Numbered from the stretch's first letter, positions 1 through 9,985 are shown. The stretch is 64,000 nucleotides of DNA from Candidatus Latescibacterota bacterium (GCA_965242865.1 CBDETK010000013.1:5024001-5088000); one strand, 5' to 3'. Notes: generated by a model from the sequence alone, not told the origin. Translations and numbers: made by a program.

Positions 1-46
1 GTGTAGCCTTTGTTGTTTGACCTACCGATCTTTTGGATATCAAGCT

Positions 47-2272
47 CTAAGAACTTTGCCACCTCGTACATTTCCGATTGACTAGCCTCACTTTTGACCG
101 GCTGCACTCTGATTGCACCTTGCACGCCTGTTTTTTCAAAAAATTACGCCATTCGTACCGATTTGCATTTTTGGGATCCTGTCCCAAGTAAGCCGCGGAA
201 ATGGGGAGTTTTGTTGGAAACATAAGCCGTCGGCATTGACCGCGTTCAACATAGGGATCTGCCAAAAGTGCCTCGTTGACCGGTACTCCGAACGGTTCGG
301 TTTCCGATTCCACAAGCACCCGAGTCAGTAGGTCGGGCCGCTTACGGTGCATGGCCCAGTGCCCAAGTGGGACGAGCACCGACCAGTCCGGCGTCAGCGA
401 GGTTGCTAAGGCCATCGTAGCGTCCTCAATGACTTCACGAAGAGAGATACTTTTGGCGTGATTATTGATCCAATTCAGAGCCTGAGATAGATCTCCATCT
501 CCATCTTCTCGCTCCTTTGATGACCTTTGTCGAAGGGCAGCGATCCAACCTTCCGGCAGCCGACAACTCGCCTTCGGAAAGAACGGCTGAATAAACTGGC
601 GCGTCTCATTGCCGCCCGGCTCGCGTTCCGAAGGCAAAGGCTCATTGAAGAACTCTATCTCGTTCACGGATCGCCATGTCCCATCAGCGGTTCGGACGCA
701 TGGGAGGTCAGATTCTCGATCCGCGAGCTTGGACACGGCACCCCACACTCGAAAGAGCAAGTCGCGGCGTTTCGCCTCATCGTCAGGCAGTACCTTCCAC
801 CAACTCTCCAAGCCATCTGCCCAAGTGTCCGCCAAATCTCGTGGCGACATCTCCGCTATAAGACTCGCTTGGACCAACAACCGACGTGCATTAGAACCGA
901 GTACGTCTTGCCTAAGTACTGACCCATTTAAGAGAACAGTCGGTCTCAATGCCGGGTATTGCTTGAACGTCTCCGCCAGCGGCGCAGGTGGAACGATAAT
1001 TTGGCTCGGCTTCGCAAACGCCAAGGCCCCGGTTTCCTCAGTCCACACGGGAAGCACTGCCGCGTCCTCAAGTCGCTCCCGTAATCTCGACAGCCAACGA
1101 TCTTCGGCGAGAAGTGCTTCAAGATCACTTAGCTCGGGTGTTGGTCGTGCGAGTGCAACAAAAGCCGCCTTAGCCTCATCAGGCTTCGAGCATGTGCGGG
1201 CAACCCAACCGAGGAAGTGCGCCAACACATCCGCGATCTGGTCCACAATACCGCGTTGCCAAGCGTTCGCCTTTATCTCGGGGATCCCTGTCCGTGAGAT
1301 ATTCAATAGCCAGTCCGCATTGATATGGAGACCGAACGGTAGCGTGACCTCGGTGGGCAATGTGGCATAGACTCGTCCTCTTTTCGGTGGATCGGGTACG
1401 CCCTCGTTGTCCAAGGGCAACACGCCCAGTACTCGGCGTGGCCGGGCTGCCTCGGCGTACACCTGTTCGCGTTCTTCTTCGGTGGGCTGAATCCTGCGGT
1501 TCTCAAGGAAGCGGGCAATCGCTTCTGAAGATGGATTGAATTCTACAGGAAAAAGTTGCCAACGCCCGTTCTCATTTGTGGAGCGAGCAGTCGCTTCCAG
1601 ACTTCCGTCTGGTTCCTCATGGATACCGAGTTTCCAAACATGGCCATCCACTTCGAGACGCTTCAAGCCAGATTCAGCCAAGATCGCCAGAAGCGTGCGA
1701 TCATCGGCGGGAAGGAAACGCGCCAAGTCGGATCGCAGGTCCGCTGTGGGACAGCGCATCTCAAATCGGGTCGTGAATCCCACTCCTGGGGCCTCAATCG
1801 CATCATCCCAGATCGGTGTCACCGCTCCAAGTAGGTCGGGCTGCACATCTCCATACGTTTCGCCTCGCTCTTGACGCATTTCATAACGGAAGGTCCAGCC
1901 CCATCCTGAAATCCGAGCCTCGCCGAAACGCTTGAAGATGCTCTTGAAACCGATTCCCATGAATCCCACGGACGAGGCACCTTTAGTCGAACGAAAAATT
2001 TTTGAGAGTCCCTCGACATCCCTCTTATTGAGCTCCTCGGTTCCATCGTGCTGGCAGGTCAGGGCATCATTATCTTCTGCCAGTCGGAACGCGATTGATT
2101 TCGCGCCAGCATCGAGTGCGTTTTGGACTAACTCAAAAAGGTAGATCCATCCGCTTTCGAAGGCTAGATCAAGCGCACGCAGTGCCCCGCGTCCATCTGG
2201 TGTGTTGTAAAACTTCTGATTCTCATGAGCCAAAGACTCAATGAATTTTCTTTTTTCGGCTGTGTCAGTCAC
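47..2272 (-). CDS. Sacsin/NOV-like N-terminal GHKL ATPase protein; probably frameshifted near 131-143 and continuing off the window edge
   Basis: GHKL motifs FELVQNALDAGA, QHDG, GFMGIGFKSIF and the sacsin-type YATLPT..LPFGLHINADWLL segment. The -1 frame after the T6/A6 runs is open to position 1 (FEKTGVQGAIRVQPVKSE...). Confidence 0.7.
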   Translation of the reverse strand: MTDTAEKRKFIESLAHENQKFYNTPDGRGALRALDLAFESGWIYLFELVQNALDAGAKSIAFRLAEDNDALTCQHDGTEELNKRDVEGLSKIFRSTKGASSVGFMGIGFKSIFKRFGEARISGWGWTFRYEMRQERGETYGDVQPDLLGAVTPIWDDAIEAPGVGFTTRFEMRCPTADLRSDLARFLPADDRTLLAILAESGLKRLEVDGHVWKLGIHEEPDGSLEATARSTNENGRWQLFPVEFNPSSEAIARFLENRRIQPTEEEREQVYAEAARPRRVLGVLPLDNEGVPDPPKRGRVYATLPTEVTLPFGLHINADWLLNISRTGIPEIKANAWQRGIVDQIADVLAHFLGWVARTCSKPDEAKAAFVALARPTPELSDLEALLAEDRWLSRLRERLEDAAVLPVWTEETGALAFAKPSQIIVPPAPLAETFKQYPALRPTVLLNGSVLRQDVLGSNARRLLVQASLIAEMSPRDLADTWADGLESWWKVLPDDEAKRRDLLFRVWGAVSKLADRESDLPCVRTADGTWRSVNEIEFFNEPLPSEREPGGNETRQFIQPFFPKASCRLPEGWIAALRQRSSKEREDGDGDLSQALNWINNHAKSISLREVIEDATMALATSLTPDWSVLVPLGHWAMHRKRPDLLTRVLVESETEPFGVPVNEALLADPYVERGQCRRLMFPTKLPISAAYLGQDPKNANRYEWRNFLKKQACKVQSECSRSKVRLVNRKCTRWQSS

Positions 2273-2488
2273 TTGGATCCTGATTCCAATAGTTACAAGA
2301 CCGTGCTCTATCGGTTCGTTGAGTCAAACCGCGAAACCCCAGATATCTGGTGTGCATTCCAGAGGCAACATCTCGACCATTTTGGTAAGCCCCTGCGAAA
2401 AACCGAAGAACCCAAGGCAAAACCTTGAAAAAAATGAGAAAACAGGCGCGTGAGTGGGCAGGGTAAATGACTATGGAGCAAACCGTAC

Positions 2489-2525
2489 AAAACGCCGTGC
2501 AGAAGAACCACTGCACGGCGTTTTT
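2489..2525. terminator. Intrinsic terminator, potentially bidirectional
   Basis: AAAA-CGCCGTGCAG-loop-CTGCACGGCG-TTTTT: a perfect 10-bp stem just downstream of the minus-strand ABC binding protein gene. Confidence 0.7.
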
Positions 2526-2546
2526 CTGACCTCTTGCACCCAAAAA

Positions 2547-3710
2547 CTAGCGGTCAACCCATTGGTGCAACTCGAACTTGCCTTCCTCAATTTTATAGAT
2601 GCCCGCGCCGCGGATCGGGTGGCGATTTTCGTCGAACCCGGCGATCATGCCCGCCCCGCTGTAGTTGTGGGTCGCGGCGATTTGATCGCGAATTGCCCGC
2701 GGCGTCAGGTTATCGGCATCCACACGCGCCATCGCCTGCGCGACGATCAGGACGGCATCGTATTCCAACGAGGCCGCCCAAGTGGGCGCAGTGCCAAACC
2801 TAGCCGTGTATGCCGTTACAAATTGACGCGCCTCCGCGCTCAAGCCGCTGACGTCGTCGGGCGCGATAAAGCCAGCCGTAAAATAACTGCCTTCGAGCGC
2901 GGCTTGCCCCCCGAGGTCAAACAGGTCGGGGTGCTCAAACCCATCGCCACCGAGAAAAGTCGCCGTCATGCCCAGGTCTTTGGCCTGCTTCACCACCAGC
3001 GGAATTTCCGGGAAAAAGCCGGGCACAAAAACGACGTCGGGCGCGACCTGCTCAATGGCCTGCAACTGCGCGCTGAAATCCGTATCGCCCTCATCGTAAA
3101 ATTGTTCTAGGACAACCGTGCCTCCCCCTTCGCCAAAGCTGGTTGTAAAGTATCGCGCCATGCCCTCCGAATAGATGTACCCACTCATTATCAGAATGGC
3201 GGCGGTCGTCGCCCCCAATCCGTTGGGCGCGGCGGCAAACGCGCCCAACGCATTTCCCTGAAACTCGTCGGTAAATGCGGCCATAAACACAAAATCGCCG
3301 GCAGTGGGCGTGGCCGGATTGGTGGGATAGGTGGTCACCATGGGTATCCCCTTGCTTTGGGCAACTTTCCCCACCTCAAAGGCATGCGTGGCCCAGTCGG
3401 GACCGACGATTGCCAAGACGCTGTCGGTTGTGATCAGTGCCTCTGCGAGCTCAACGCTGCGGGTAGTATTGAACTCGTCATCCCGCGCGATGAGTTGTAG
3501 CGGTCGGCCGCCTATGCCACCCGCTTTGTTCACCTCCTGAACGGCCAATTCCGCGCCGGGCCGCGTGGTCGTGAGCGGGGCTGTGGCAGAATAGAGCATG
3601 CCGATTTTGATCGCGTCCTGCAGCGTGGCCGGACTCGTCGTGCGCTCGCAGCTCCACAGCAATCCTCCGGCGAGGGCCAGCAACATGGTACTACATAATG
3701 CTTTTGACAT
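2547..3710 (-). CDS. ABC transporter substrate-binding lipoprotein, branched-chain amino acid (LivJ/Peripla_BP_6) family
   Basis: Lipobox LWSC; motifs IKIG, GAELAVQEVNKAGGIGGRPLQL, DTDFSAQL, FLGGDG, YDAV; GGAGG RBS. Confidence 0.85.
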   Translation of the reverse strand: MSKALCSTMLLALAGGLLWSCERTTSPATLQDAIKIGMLYSATAPLTTTRPGAELAVQEVNKAGGIGGRPLQLIARDDEFNTTRSVELAEALITTDSVLAIVGPDWATHAFEVGKVAQSKGIPMVTTYPTNPATPTAGDFVFMAAFTDEFQGNALGAFAAAPNGLGATTAAILIMSGYIYSEGMARYFTTSFGEGGGTVVLEQFYDEGDTDFSAQLQAIEQVAPDVVFVPGFFPEIPLVVKQAKDLGMTATFLGGDGFEHPDLFDLGGQAALEGSYFTAGFIAPDDVSGLSAEARQFVTAYTARFGTAPTWAASLEYDAVLIVAQAMARVDADNLTPRAIRDQIAATHNYSGAGMIAGFDENRHPIRGAGIYKIEEGKFELHQWVDR

Positions 3711-3761
3711 CGCGACCTCCTAAAGGGGGGGGAGTCGCCGAACCGTCGCGGGGGCCTCCGC

Positions 3762-4547
3762 TCACATCAGCTCCGGCCGAAACTCCACGGCGTTGATGGC
3801 CTTTTGCCGATCGCCATCGTTTTCTACCTCAAACTCGATGATCGCGCCGCGCATCCTCATGTGGGCAAAATCCGCGTTGGACACCAACCCGCCTCGGGCC
3901 GTGCGCAGGTCGGTAATGTGCAGGAAAATATCCTCGCGGATGGTGTCCACGCCCAAGCCGGTTTGCACGGTCAAAAACCCGTAGCCCTTTTCCTCGTTGA
4001 CCGCGTGTAGGATGCCGCGCAACTGCTCGTTTGGACTGCGGTCGGAGAACAAAATGTCGGGCACCAAGTACCCGGAAAAGTGGTAATCTACCTCTTGGCG
4101 CAGCTCTTTGCTGGTGTTCATAAAAGACAGCAGATCGACCCGCTTGCCCCGGTTTTGCAGGGCGCGCACCAAGCGCACGAAATCGCCGTCGCCGCTGCCC
4201 AATAGCACGTAGTCCAAATTTTCCGACTGCAACAAGGCGTCGATCGCCAGCTCTAGGTCGGCGTCGGCCTTGACCATGGTTTCGCCCTCGGAAGTGAGGT
4301 AGCGGCGCACTTCTTTGAGGATTAAGTGGTAGCCCTCCCGCCGCGCTCGATTGCGATACGTTTCCCTTTTCTGGCGGTACTCTATGTCCGTGCTTTCGCG
4401 CTCGCGGTCAACGGCCATGTACGCGTTGGCGCGCACCACAACCGCCTGCTGCGCCTCCACGAGTGCCTTGATCTGGCGAAAGCGGATGGCGTACCCTCCG
4501 CAGCGGTTGAGGTTCTCCATATCGAGAAAGATGCCTGCTTTTAACAT
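3762..4547 (-). CDS. NYN (LabA/DUF88, PIN-like) domain protein with C-terminal cold-shock/OB-like domain
   Basis: IFLDMENL, ADADLELAIDAL, LGSGDGDFVRLV..LQNRGKRV (NYN); KGYGFL..DIFLHITD (CSD). Start moved to ATG 4547. Confidence 0.8.
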   Translation of the reverse strand: MLKAGIFLDMENLNRCGGYAIRFRQIKALVEAQQAVVVRANAYMAVDRERESTDIEYRQKRETYRNRARREGYHLILKEVRRYLTSEGETMVKADADLELAIDALLQSENLDYVLLGSGDGDFVRLVRALQNRGKRVDLLSFMNTSKELRQEVDYHFSGYLVPDILFSDRSPNEQLRGILHAVNEEKGYGFLTVQTGLGVDTIREDIFLHITDLRTARGGLVSNADFAHMRMRGAIIEFEVENDGDRQKAINAVEFRPELM

Positions 4548-4603
4548 GTAATCCTTGTATCCTTTTTGTGGTAAGTGAGTGATGGGGACTTTGTGGGGCC
4601 ATC

Positions 4604-5680
4604 CTAGACGTGGAAAATGTACAGGTCGCGGGAAAGCAGGGGCAACTCGACCCAAGCGCCGCCTCGGCGGTGGCTCTCGGCGACGGCAATGGTGGCTTCG
4701 GTGATGTGGTGGGTCACGTCAATGTGGCCGCGCGTGGGTTGGCCGCCCTCGCGCGCCGCCACCAAATCCTCCAAGCAGCACTGGGTCGTACTGCGTGGGG
4801 TCTCCGGCTCTACGGGTGCCTTTTCCCACGAGACGCGCCGGCCTTGCGGGGGGCCGGGCTGGCGCAGCAAAACGTCGGCCCCGTTGTTGCACGAGCGAAT
4901 CGCGCCTTCCGAGCCGATGATCTCAAACTCCCACGGGGCCGCGGGAATGGACCACGCCTCAACGCCGTTGACAAAGCGCAGTTGATAGGTGGCCAATGGA
5001 TCGGCCGGAATGTGGTTGCCCTCGACCTGCAAGCCCGGGGGCAACAGCTCGCCGCGGACAGCCGCAATCGCCGGATCGCCGATGAGATAGGATACGGTGT
5101 CGATCGAGTGGATGTGCCCGTGCATCAAGCTGGAACTGGCGTAGTGCAGCACGGCCCGGACCTCGCCGACCTGACCGGCGGCGACCGCGTCCTTGACCGC
5201 CTCGTAGCGGTTGTCAAAGCGGCGCAGGACGCCCGTGTTGAAGAGCGCGTTGTTGCGCTGGACGGCCGCACGGATTTCGTCGGCGCGCTCCATGGAGCTG
5301 GCCATGGCCTTTTCGAGGTAAATCATCGGCACGCCCATATCGGCCACGGCGACTGCTAGGTCGGCGTGCGAGTCGCCGCGGAAGTGCGCGTCCGGGGCTG
5401 CTCGGGCCGGCTTGGGCAAGCAGGCCGCCGTGCATATCGCCACGAGATCGGGTCCTTCGCGGTCGATCATGGCGCGGAAGTCCTGGTACACGGCCGCGTC
5501 CCAGCGGCGTTGGAATGCCTCGCGCTTATCCGGCAAGAGGTCCGCTCCGGCCACGAGTTGGAGCCGCTCGCTCGCCCGAGTGGCGGCCGCGACCGAATAG
5601 GGCAAGTCGCCGTGGCCCTCGTCGTCGATGGTGCTACCCATGCGCCCGAGGCCGATGATCGCTACGGTGTGCTTTTTCAT
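4604..5680 (-). CDS. Gfo/Idh/MocA family oxidoreductase
   Basis: VAIIGLGRMG Rossmann motif, LEKAM, HGHIHSID. Confidence 0.85.
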   Translation of the reverse strand: MKKHTVAIIGLGRMGSTIDDEGHGDLPYSVAAATRASERLQLVAGADLLPDKREAFQRRWDAAVYQDFRAMIDREGPDLVAICTAACLPKPARAAPDAHFRGDSHADLAVAVADMGVPMIYLEKAMASSMERADEIRAAVQRNNALFNTGVLRRFDNRYEAVKDAVAAGQVGEVRAVLHYASSSLMHGHIHSIDTVSYLIGDPAIAAVRGELLPPGLQVEGNHIPADPLATYQLRFVNGVEAWSIPAAPWEFEIIGSEGAIRSCNNGADVLLRQPGPPQGRRVSWEKAPVEPETPRSTTQCCLEDLVAAREGGQPTRGHIDVTHHITEATIAVAESHRRGGAWVELPLLSRDLYIFHV

Positions 5681-5823
5681 GGTAATTCTCCTTTCTAGGC
5701 TGCAGACAACCTACTCATCGCACCCCAATCCCGCCAGTGCCGCGCCTCCTTGACAGCCTATCGCGCTATGGACTCTTTGTACAGCCTTCGTCCCCTTGGG
5801 GACCCGCCCAGACCGGAGACCAG

Positions 5824-6774
5824 ATGACGCAAGTGCAAGCTCGGCCCCGCCTAGACCCACGCAAGTTCCAAGACCCGGACGTCACCGCCAACGGCGAGCA
5901 GCGCGCTCGCGTTGCGTTGACCCGGCTGGAAACCCTGTGGTTCAACACCGGCACCCTCTGCAATTTAGCGTGCCCCCACTGCTACATCGAATCGAGCCCG
6001 CGCAACGACCGCTTGGCGTACCTCACCACGGCCGAGGTTGCCGCGTACCTCGACGAGATTGAGCGCGAGCGGCTGGGTACGCACCAGATCGGCTTCACCG
6101 GCGGCGAGCCTTTTGTGAATCCCGACCTGCTCAACATGCTCGCAGACGCGCTGGAACGAGGCTTTGAGGGTTTGGTGCTGACCAACGCCATGCGGCCGAT
6201 GATGAAGTGCGCCGCTGGCCTGTTGCGGCTGCGCCAAGCGCACGGTGACCGGCTGACCATTCGCGTCTCCATGGACCACTACGCGCCCGCGCTGCACGAG
6301 GCCGAGCGCGGCGCCCGCTCTTGGACGCCGATGATCGAGGGCTTGCGCTGGCTGTCCGATTGCGGCTTTCGCATCGCGGTCGCTAGCCGCACGCTCTGGG
6401 GCGACGAAGAAGGCGCGTTGCGCGTTGGCTTTGCCCGGCTCTTCGCCGAGCTCGGCGTCCGCCTAGACGCGGCCGACCCCAGTCAACTCGTGCTGTTCCC
6501 AGAGATGGATGCCTCGATTGATGTACCTGAGATCACCACCGGCTGCTGGGCCCTCCTCGGCCAAGTGCCCGACGCCCTCATGTGCGCCTCGTCGCGCATG
6601 GTCGTCAAGCGCAAGGGCGCGGATGCTCCGGTCGTGCTCGCCTGCACCTTGCTGCCTTATGACGCGGCCTTTGAGCTGGGCCGGACCCTAGCCGAAGCCT
6701 GGGGGCCGGTCAAGCTCAACCATCCGCACTGCGCCCAATTCTGCGTCCTCGGCGGTGCTCGCTGCTCAGCCTGA
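5824..6774 (+). CDS. Radical SAM protein with Cys-rich C-terminus (ArsS-like/uncharacterised)
   Basis: CNLACPHC (CxxxCxxC), FTGGEPF, LTN; C-terminal C..C..HCAQFC..C. Start at ATG 5824 after GGAG. Confidence 0.8.
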   Translation: MTQVQARPRLDPRKFQDPDVTANGEQRARVALTRLETLWFNTGTLCNLACPHCYIESSPRNDRLAYLTTAEVAAYLDEIERERLGTHQIGFTGGEPFVNPDLLNMLADALERGFEGLVLTNAMRPMMKCAAGLLRLRQAHGDRLTIRVSMDHYAPALHEAERGARSWTPMIEGLRWLSDCGFRIAVASRTLWGDEEGALRVGFARLFAELGVRLDAADPSQLVLFPEMDASIDVPEITTGCWALLGQVPDALMCASSRMVVKRKGADAPVVLACTLLPYDAAFELGRTLAEAWGPVKLNHPHCAQFCVLGGARCSA

Positions 6775-7431
6775 CTCGTCGAGCAACTCGATGCGCCCGG
6801 ACGCGCGCTCCCGCTGCACGCACAACAGCAGATCGCCGCGCTCCACCCGGATTTCGACCGGGCTCGCCACCACCTCGTTGGAGATTCCTTCGCGTACGCC
6901 CGGGATGAGGCTTTCGGACCGCAAGGCCCACTTCAGCCCCTCGGTGGTAATGCCCGTGGCCGCGCCGTTGAGGGGGCACAGGGAAATTTTCTGGCCAATG
7001 GCGGCGCGAAAGCGGATGGCGCGATCGATGAGGCGGATGTCGCAGTAGTCGTCAATCATGCGCAAGGCGAGGCGATCGGCAAAGGTCTTGAGCAGGTTCA
7101 AATTGCCCAGCAGGTGATCGGTGCGCCGGCCGGTAAACCCGAGGAGGACGGCGTACGTGACGCCCAAGGCGACCGCGTGGTTGAGGACTTTTTGGCCGTC
7201 CGTGCCCACATTGCCAGAGGGATCGACGAGGATGAGGCGGTCGTCGGCGCGGGGGTGGGCAATCGAGTCGAGATCGCCGACCGTGTAATCGGGCGCGTAC
7301 CCATAGCGCCGGGCGGTATTGGCTCCGCCATCGGCGCACAGGATCAACTCGGCTTCTTGGGCGCAAGCGGCGAATAATGCTCGCGTAGGCGGCTCCCCAT
7401 TGCCGACGATTAGCGCAGACCGACCGCTCAC
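6766..7431 (-). CDS. thiN: Thiamine diphosphokinase
   Basis: CADGGAN, GDLDS, TDGQK, GRRTDHLLGNL, TEGLKWAL, GISNE motifs; downstream of a TPP-regulated gene. Confidence 0.9.
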   Translation of the reverse strand: MSGRSALIVGNGEPPTRALFAACAQEAELILCADGGANTARRYGYAPDYTVGDLDSIAHPRADDRLILVDPSGNVGTDGQKVLNHAVALGVTYAVLLGFTGRRTDHLLGNLNLLKTFADRLALRMIDDYCDIRLIDRAIRFRAAIGQKISLCPLNGAATGITTEGLKWALRSESLIPGVREGISNEVVASPVEIRVERGDLLLCVQRERASGRIELLDESG

Positions 7432-7434
7432 GCT

Positions 7435-9789
7435 TCAGCTTCCCGAGGAAGAAAACCGCGTCGTCAGCCGTACGCCGACTTGGCGCGGGTCGCCGTAGGT
7501 TGTGTACAGCTTGTCGGCGTACTCCGGCGGCTCCAAGCCAAAGTAGAAGCCGCGCACCCCATAGCGCTCGTCGAGCAGGTTGCGGCCCCACAGTTGCACG
7601 GACCAAGCTTGCCGCTCGTAGGCGAGGTGGGCGTTGATCAGTTGGTACGGCTCGGAGACTTGGTCGTGGCTATCGGAGTAGAAGAATTGGTCCATGCCGG
7701 TCAGGACCAGCCGCGCTGCCAAGCCCGACCGATGGCGGTATTCGCCGCCCAAGCTGAAGGTGTAGTTGGGGGCGTGGGCCGCGGCCCGGTCGCCCCTCGG
7801 CTCGGCCCCATCGTCGGTCTCGATGGTGTATCGATCCACATGGGTCGTCAGGTATCCCAGCGAGCCAAACAGATGAACGCCGGGCAGTGGCCGGTAGCTC
7901 TGCTCTAGCTCAATGCCGCTGCTACGTCCACTAGAAGCATTATCCGTGTAGAACGAGAAACTATTGGGATCGTCGGGCCTCTGCTGGCTAGACAGGCTGA
8001 CCTGCTGGTCGGAACGCAGGGTGTGGAACAGGGTCAGCGCGGTGCCCCCTGTACGAAAACCTACTTCGAGATTGGTGGCGTACTCTGGGTCAAAGGGCCG
8101 GTTGAGATCGCTCAGACGCGGGTTCTGATTCACGCCGCCGGATCGGTAGCCCCGCGAAACAGCCCCATAGATGGCCCCACTAGAAGCGATTCGGTAAGTC
8201 AGGGCGATTTTACCACCCCTCAGCCATTGGGCCACATCGAATTCCACCCCGTCCTCGTCTTGCGTGACGCCTTGGTAAGAAGTCGCATTGTGGTCTAGAC
8301 GGAGATTGAAAGCCAACTTCACAGCGTCGCCCAGGTCCCGGCTGTACTGGCCGTAGAATGCCAAGTTGTCCACCGCAAAAGTGCTATTGTGATCGATGGG
8401 GCTACTACTGCCGAACACCCAGCTAGTGGCATCGTCTGACTCTTCAAGGGCTTTGAAGTATGCCCCTAAGATGGCCTCTCCATTGCCGCCACTCTTGAGC
8501 AGGCGCACCTCTTGGGTGAAGGTCGTGCGGTTTCTAAGGGTTCGGTCGAAGAAGTCATTGGTCCATCCATCCCGCTCGGGATCCAGATTGTAGGGTTCCC
8601 GACGCCAGTACTCTTCGTCGTTGCCCCAATCGCCGTCGAAGCTGTACTCTAAGTCGGTCTCCGAATAGGCCGTGTTCGAGACTATGTCTAACCCCAAACC
8701 TTTGAGGGGGACCTCGCCCTTGAGGGAGAAGGCAGTAGTCTCTTGGTGATCCTTGCCCGGATTGTCGGAATGGGTAATCAACTCCTCGTTGTTGTCGTGG
8801 GACCAAGCATCGTAGCCATTGTTTAGGTCGGCGCGGAAAAGGGTGCCCAGCAGTTGCAGACCGCTGTCGAGGGTGTAGCGCACTTTGGCGCGGGCAAATT
8901 TTTCCCACCGACGGTTGGAGTCATCTCTATCCAGAAACACATTGTTTCTGAAGCCATTGGACCGGGCTTCGTGGTAGCCGGCGCGAACAGCCAGCTTCTC
9001 ATTCAGCGGCACATTGACGGTAGCGGCGGCATGCAGTAGGTCGTCGCTTCCCCGGGACACAGTGACCTCGTGGCTGGGAAACGACGATGGGTCGGTCGAC
9101 TGCAAGTTGATCAGGCCGGCCATAGCGTTAGGTCCGAAGATGGTTGACTGCGGCCCTTTGAAAATTTCGATCCGATCCAAATCAAACAGGACCCCGGCCG
9201 TGCCCAACCCACTCAGATCCACGCCATCGAGGACAAAGCCAACTAAGAAATTGGGTGGCTTTTCGCCGACGAAGTGGCTGTTCTCCCCCATGCCTCGGAT
9301 CTGGAAATAGCGCGGCCGGGAGGTGCCGCCAGCCCAGTTGAGATTGGGCACGGCTGGGGTCAAATTCTGAAAGTGGTCGCCGTTGGCCTCTTGCATGCGG
9401 CTCCTGTCCAACACGGTGATGCTGGCCGCTGCTTCGCTCAGGGGCTCTTCTGCGAGGCCCCCTTCGACGATGACCTCCGGTGCTTTTAGGATCTTGGGAT
9501 GAAGGCGGATTAGGATTGCAAAGGATTCTGCTGTCGGCAATAGGCGCACCGTCTCGTACCCAACATGGGAAATGGTGAGCGAATCGCCGAGAGACATCTT
9601 CAAGACAAAGCGGCCCTCGGCGTCCGTAGTGGTAGCTCTATCGCCGGCCTGCACATTGGCCCCGGCCAAGGGGCGTCCGGTGGTCGCGTCCAGCACTTGG
9701 CCGGGCACCTCCTCGGCCTGCGCCCAAGATAGCGTCGATAGCGTCAATAAGCCGGCCAGCAAGCTAGCCGACGGCAGTGAAATTCTCAT
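7435..9789 (-). CDS. TonB-dependent receptor, likely for thiamine or a thiamine precursor
   Basis: Signal peptide, CarboxypepD_reg-like N-domain, plug motif IEIFKGPQSTIFGPNAMAGLINL, C-terminal NLLDERY..GDPRQVG; preceded by a TPP riboswitch. Start placed at ATG 9789 (GGGAG RBS). Confidence 0.85.
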   Translation of the reverse strand: MRISLPSASLLAGLLTLSTLSWAQAEEVPGQVLDATTGRPLAGANVQAGDRATTTDAEGRFVLKMSLGDSLTISHVGYETVRLLPTAESFAILIRLHPKILKAPEVIVEGGLAEEPLSEAAASITVLDRSRMQEANGDHFQNLTPAVPNLNWAGGTSRPRYFQIRGMGENSHFVGEKPPNFLVGFVLDGVDLSGLGTAGVLFDLDRIEIFKGPQSTIFGPNAMAGLINLQSTDPSSFPSHEVTVSRGSDDLLHAAATVNVPLNEKLAVRAGYHEARSNGFRNNVFLDRDDSNRRWEKFARAKVRYTLDSGLQLLGTLFRADLNNGYDAWSHDNNEELITHSDNPGKDHQETTAFSLKGEVPLKGLGLDIVSNTAYSETDLEYSFDGDWGNDEEYWRREPYNLDPERDGWTNDFFDRTLRNRTTFTQEVRLLKSGGNGEAILGAYFKALEESDDATSWVFGSSSPIDHNSTFAVDNLAFYGQYSRDLGDAVKLAFNLRLDHNATSYQGVTQDEDGVEFDVAQWLRGGKIALTYRIASSGAIYGAVSRGYRSGGVNQNPRLSDLNRPFDPEYATNLEVGFRTGGTALTLFHTLRSDQQVSLSSQQRPDDPNSFSFYTDNASSGRSSGIELEQSYRPLPGVHLFGSLGYLTTHVDRYTIETDDGAEPRGDRAAAHAPNYTFSLGGEYRHRSGLAARLVLTGMDQFFYSDSHDQVSEPYQLINAHLAYERQAWSVQLWGRNLLDERYGVRGFYFGLEPPEYADKLYTTYGDPRQVGVRLTTRFSSSGS

Positions 9790-9848
9790 GGATATGCTCC
9801 CTCGTTTTGCATGGACAAAGGCTGCGGAAAGGTTCCGTTGAGGGCGCA

Positions 9849-9882
9849 CAAAAAAACCGCTCGCCCCGGCTGGGCCAGCGGT
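9849..9882 (-). terminator. Riboswitch expression-platform terminator
   Basis: Minus strand ACCGCT-GGCCC...GGGGCG-AGCGGT followed by a T run, between the aptamer and the TonB receptor start. Confidence 0.7.
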
Positions 9883-9903
9883 GCGTACGCGGTGCGTACG
9901 ACA

Positions 9904-9985
9904 TCCGTTTCCCTACGCTGGCACGATCCAGTTCAGGTTCGAAGGGTGTTAATCTCAGGCCCGCGACCGGGCCACCCCCAACGGA
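9904..9985 (-). ncRNA. TPP (THI-box) riboswitch
   Basis: Minus strand reads CCGTT-GGGGGTG...GCCTGAGATTAACACCCTTCGAACCTGAACTGGATCGTGCCAGCGTAGGGAAACGG, matching the TPP aptamer consensus with P1 CCGTT/AACGG. Confidence 0.93.

Noticed and set aside
2336-2376. Palindrome CCAGATATCTGG and CAACATCTCG resembling NrdR boxes upstream of the sacsin-like gene
   Set aside because: Only partial consensus, and there is no ribonucleotide reductase gene nearby.
3725-3732. G8 tract just upstream of the ABC binding-protein RBS as a phase-variation switch
   Set aside because: It is intergenic, short and not within a recognisable promoter spacer; there is no evidence of variability.
6760-6800. TGA at the end of the radical SAM gene as selenocysteine
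   Set aside because: The protein ends naturally after the Cys-rich motif, no SECIS-like hairpin is evident, and the downstream sequence is the convergent thiN gene.
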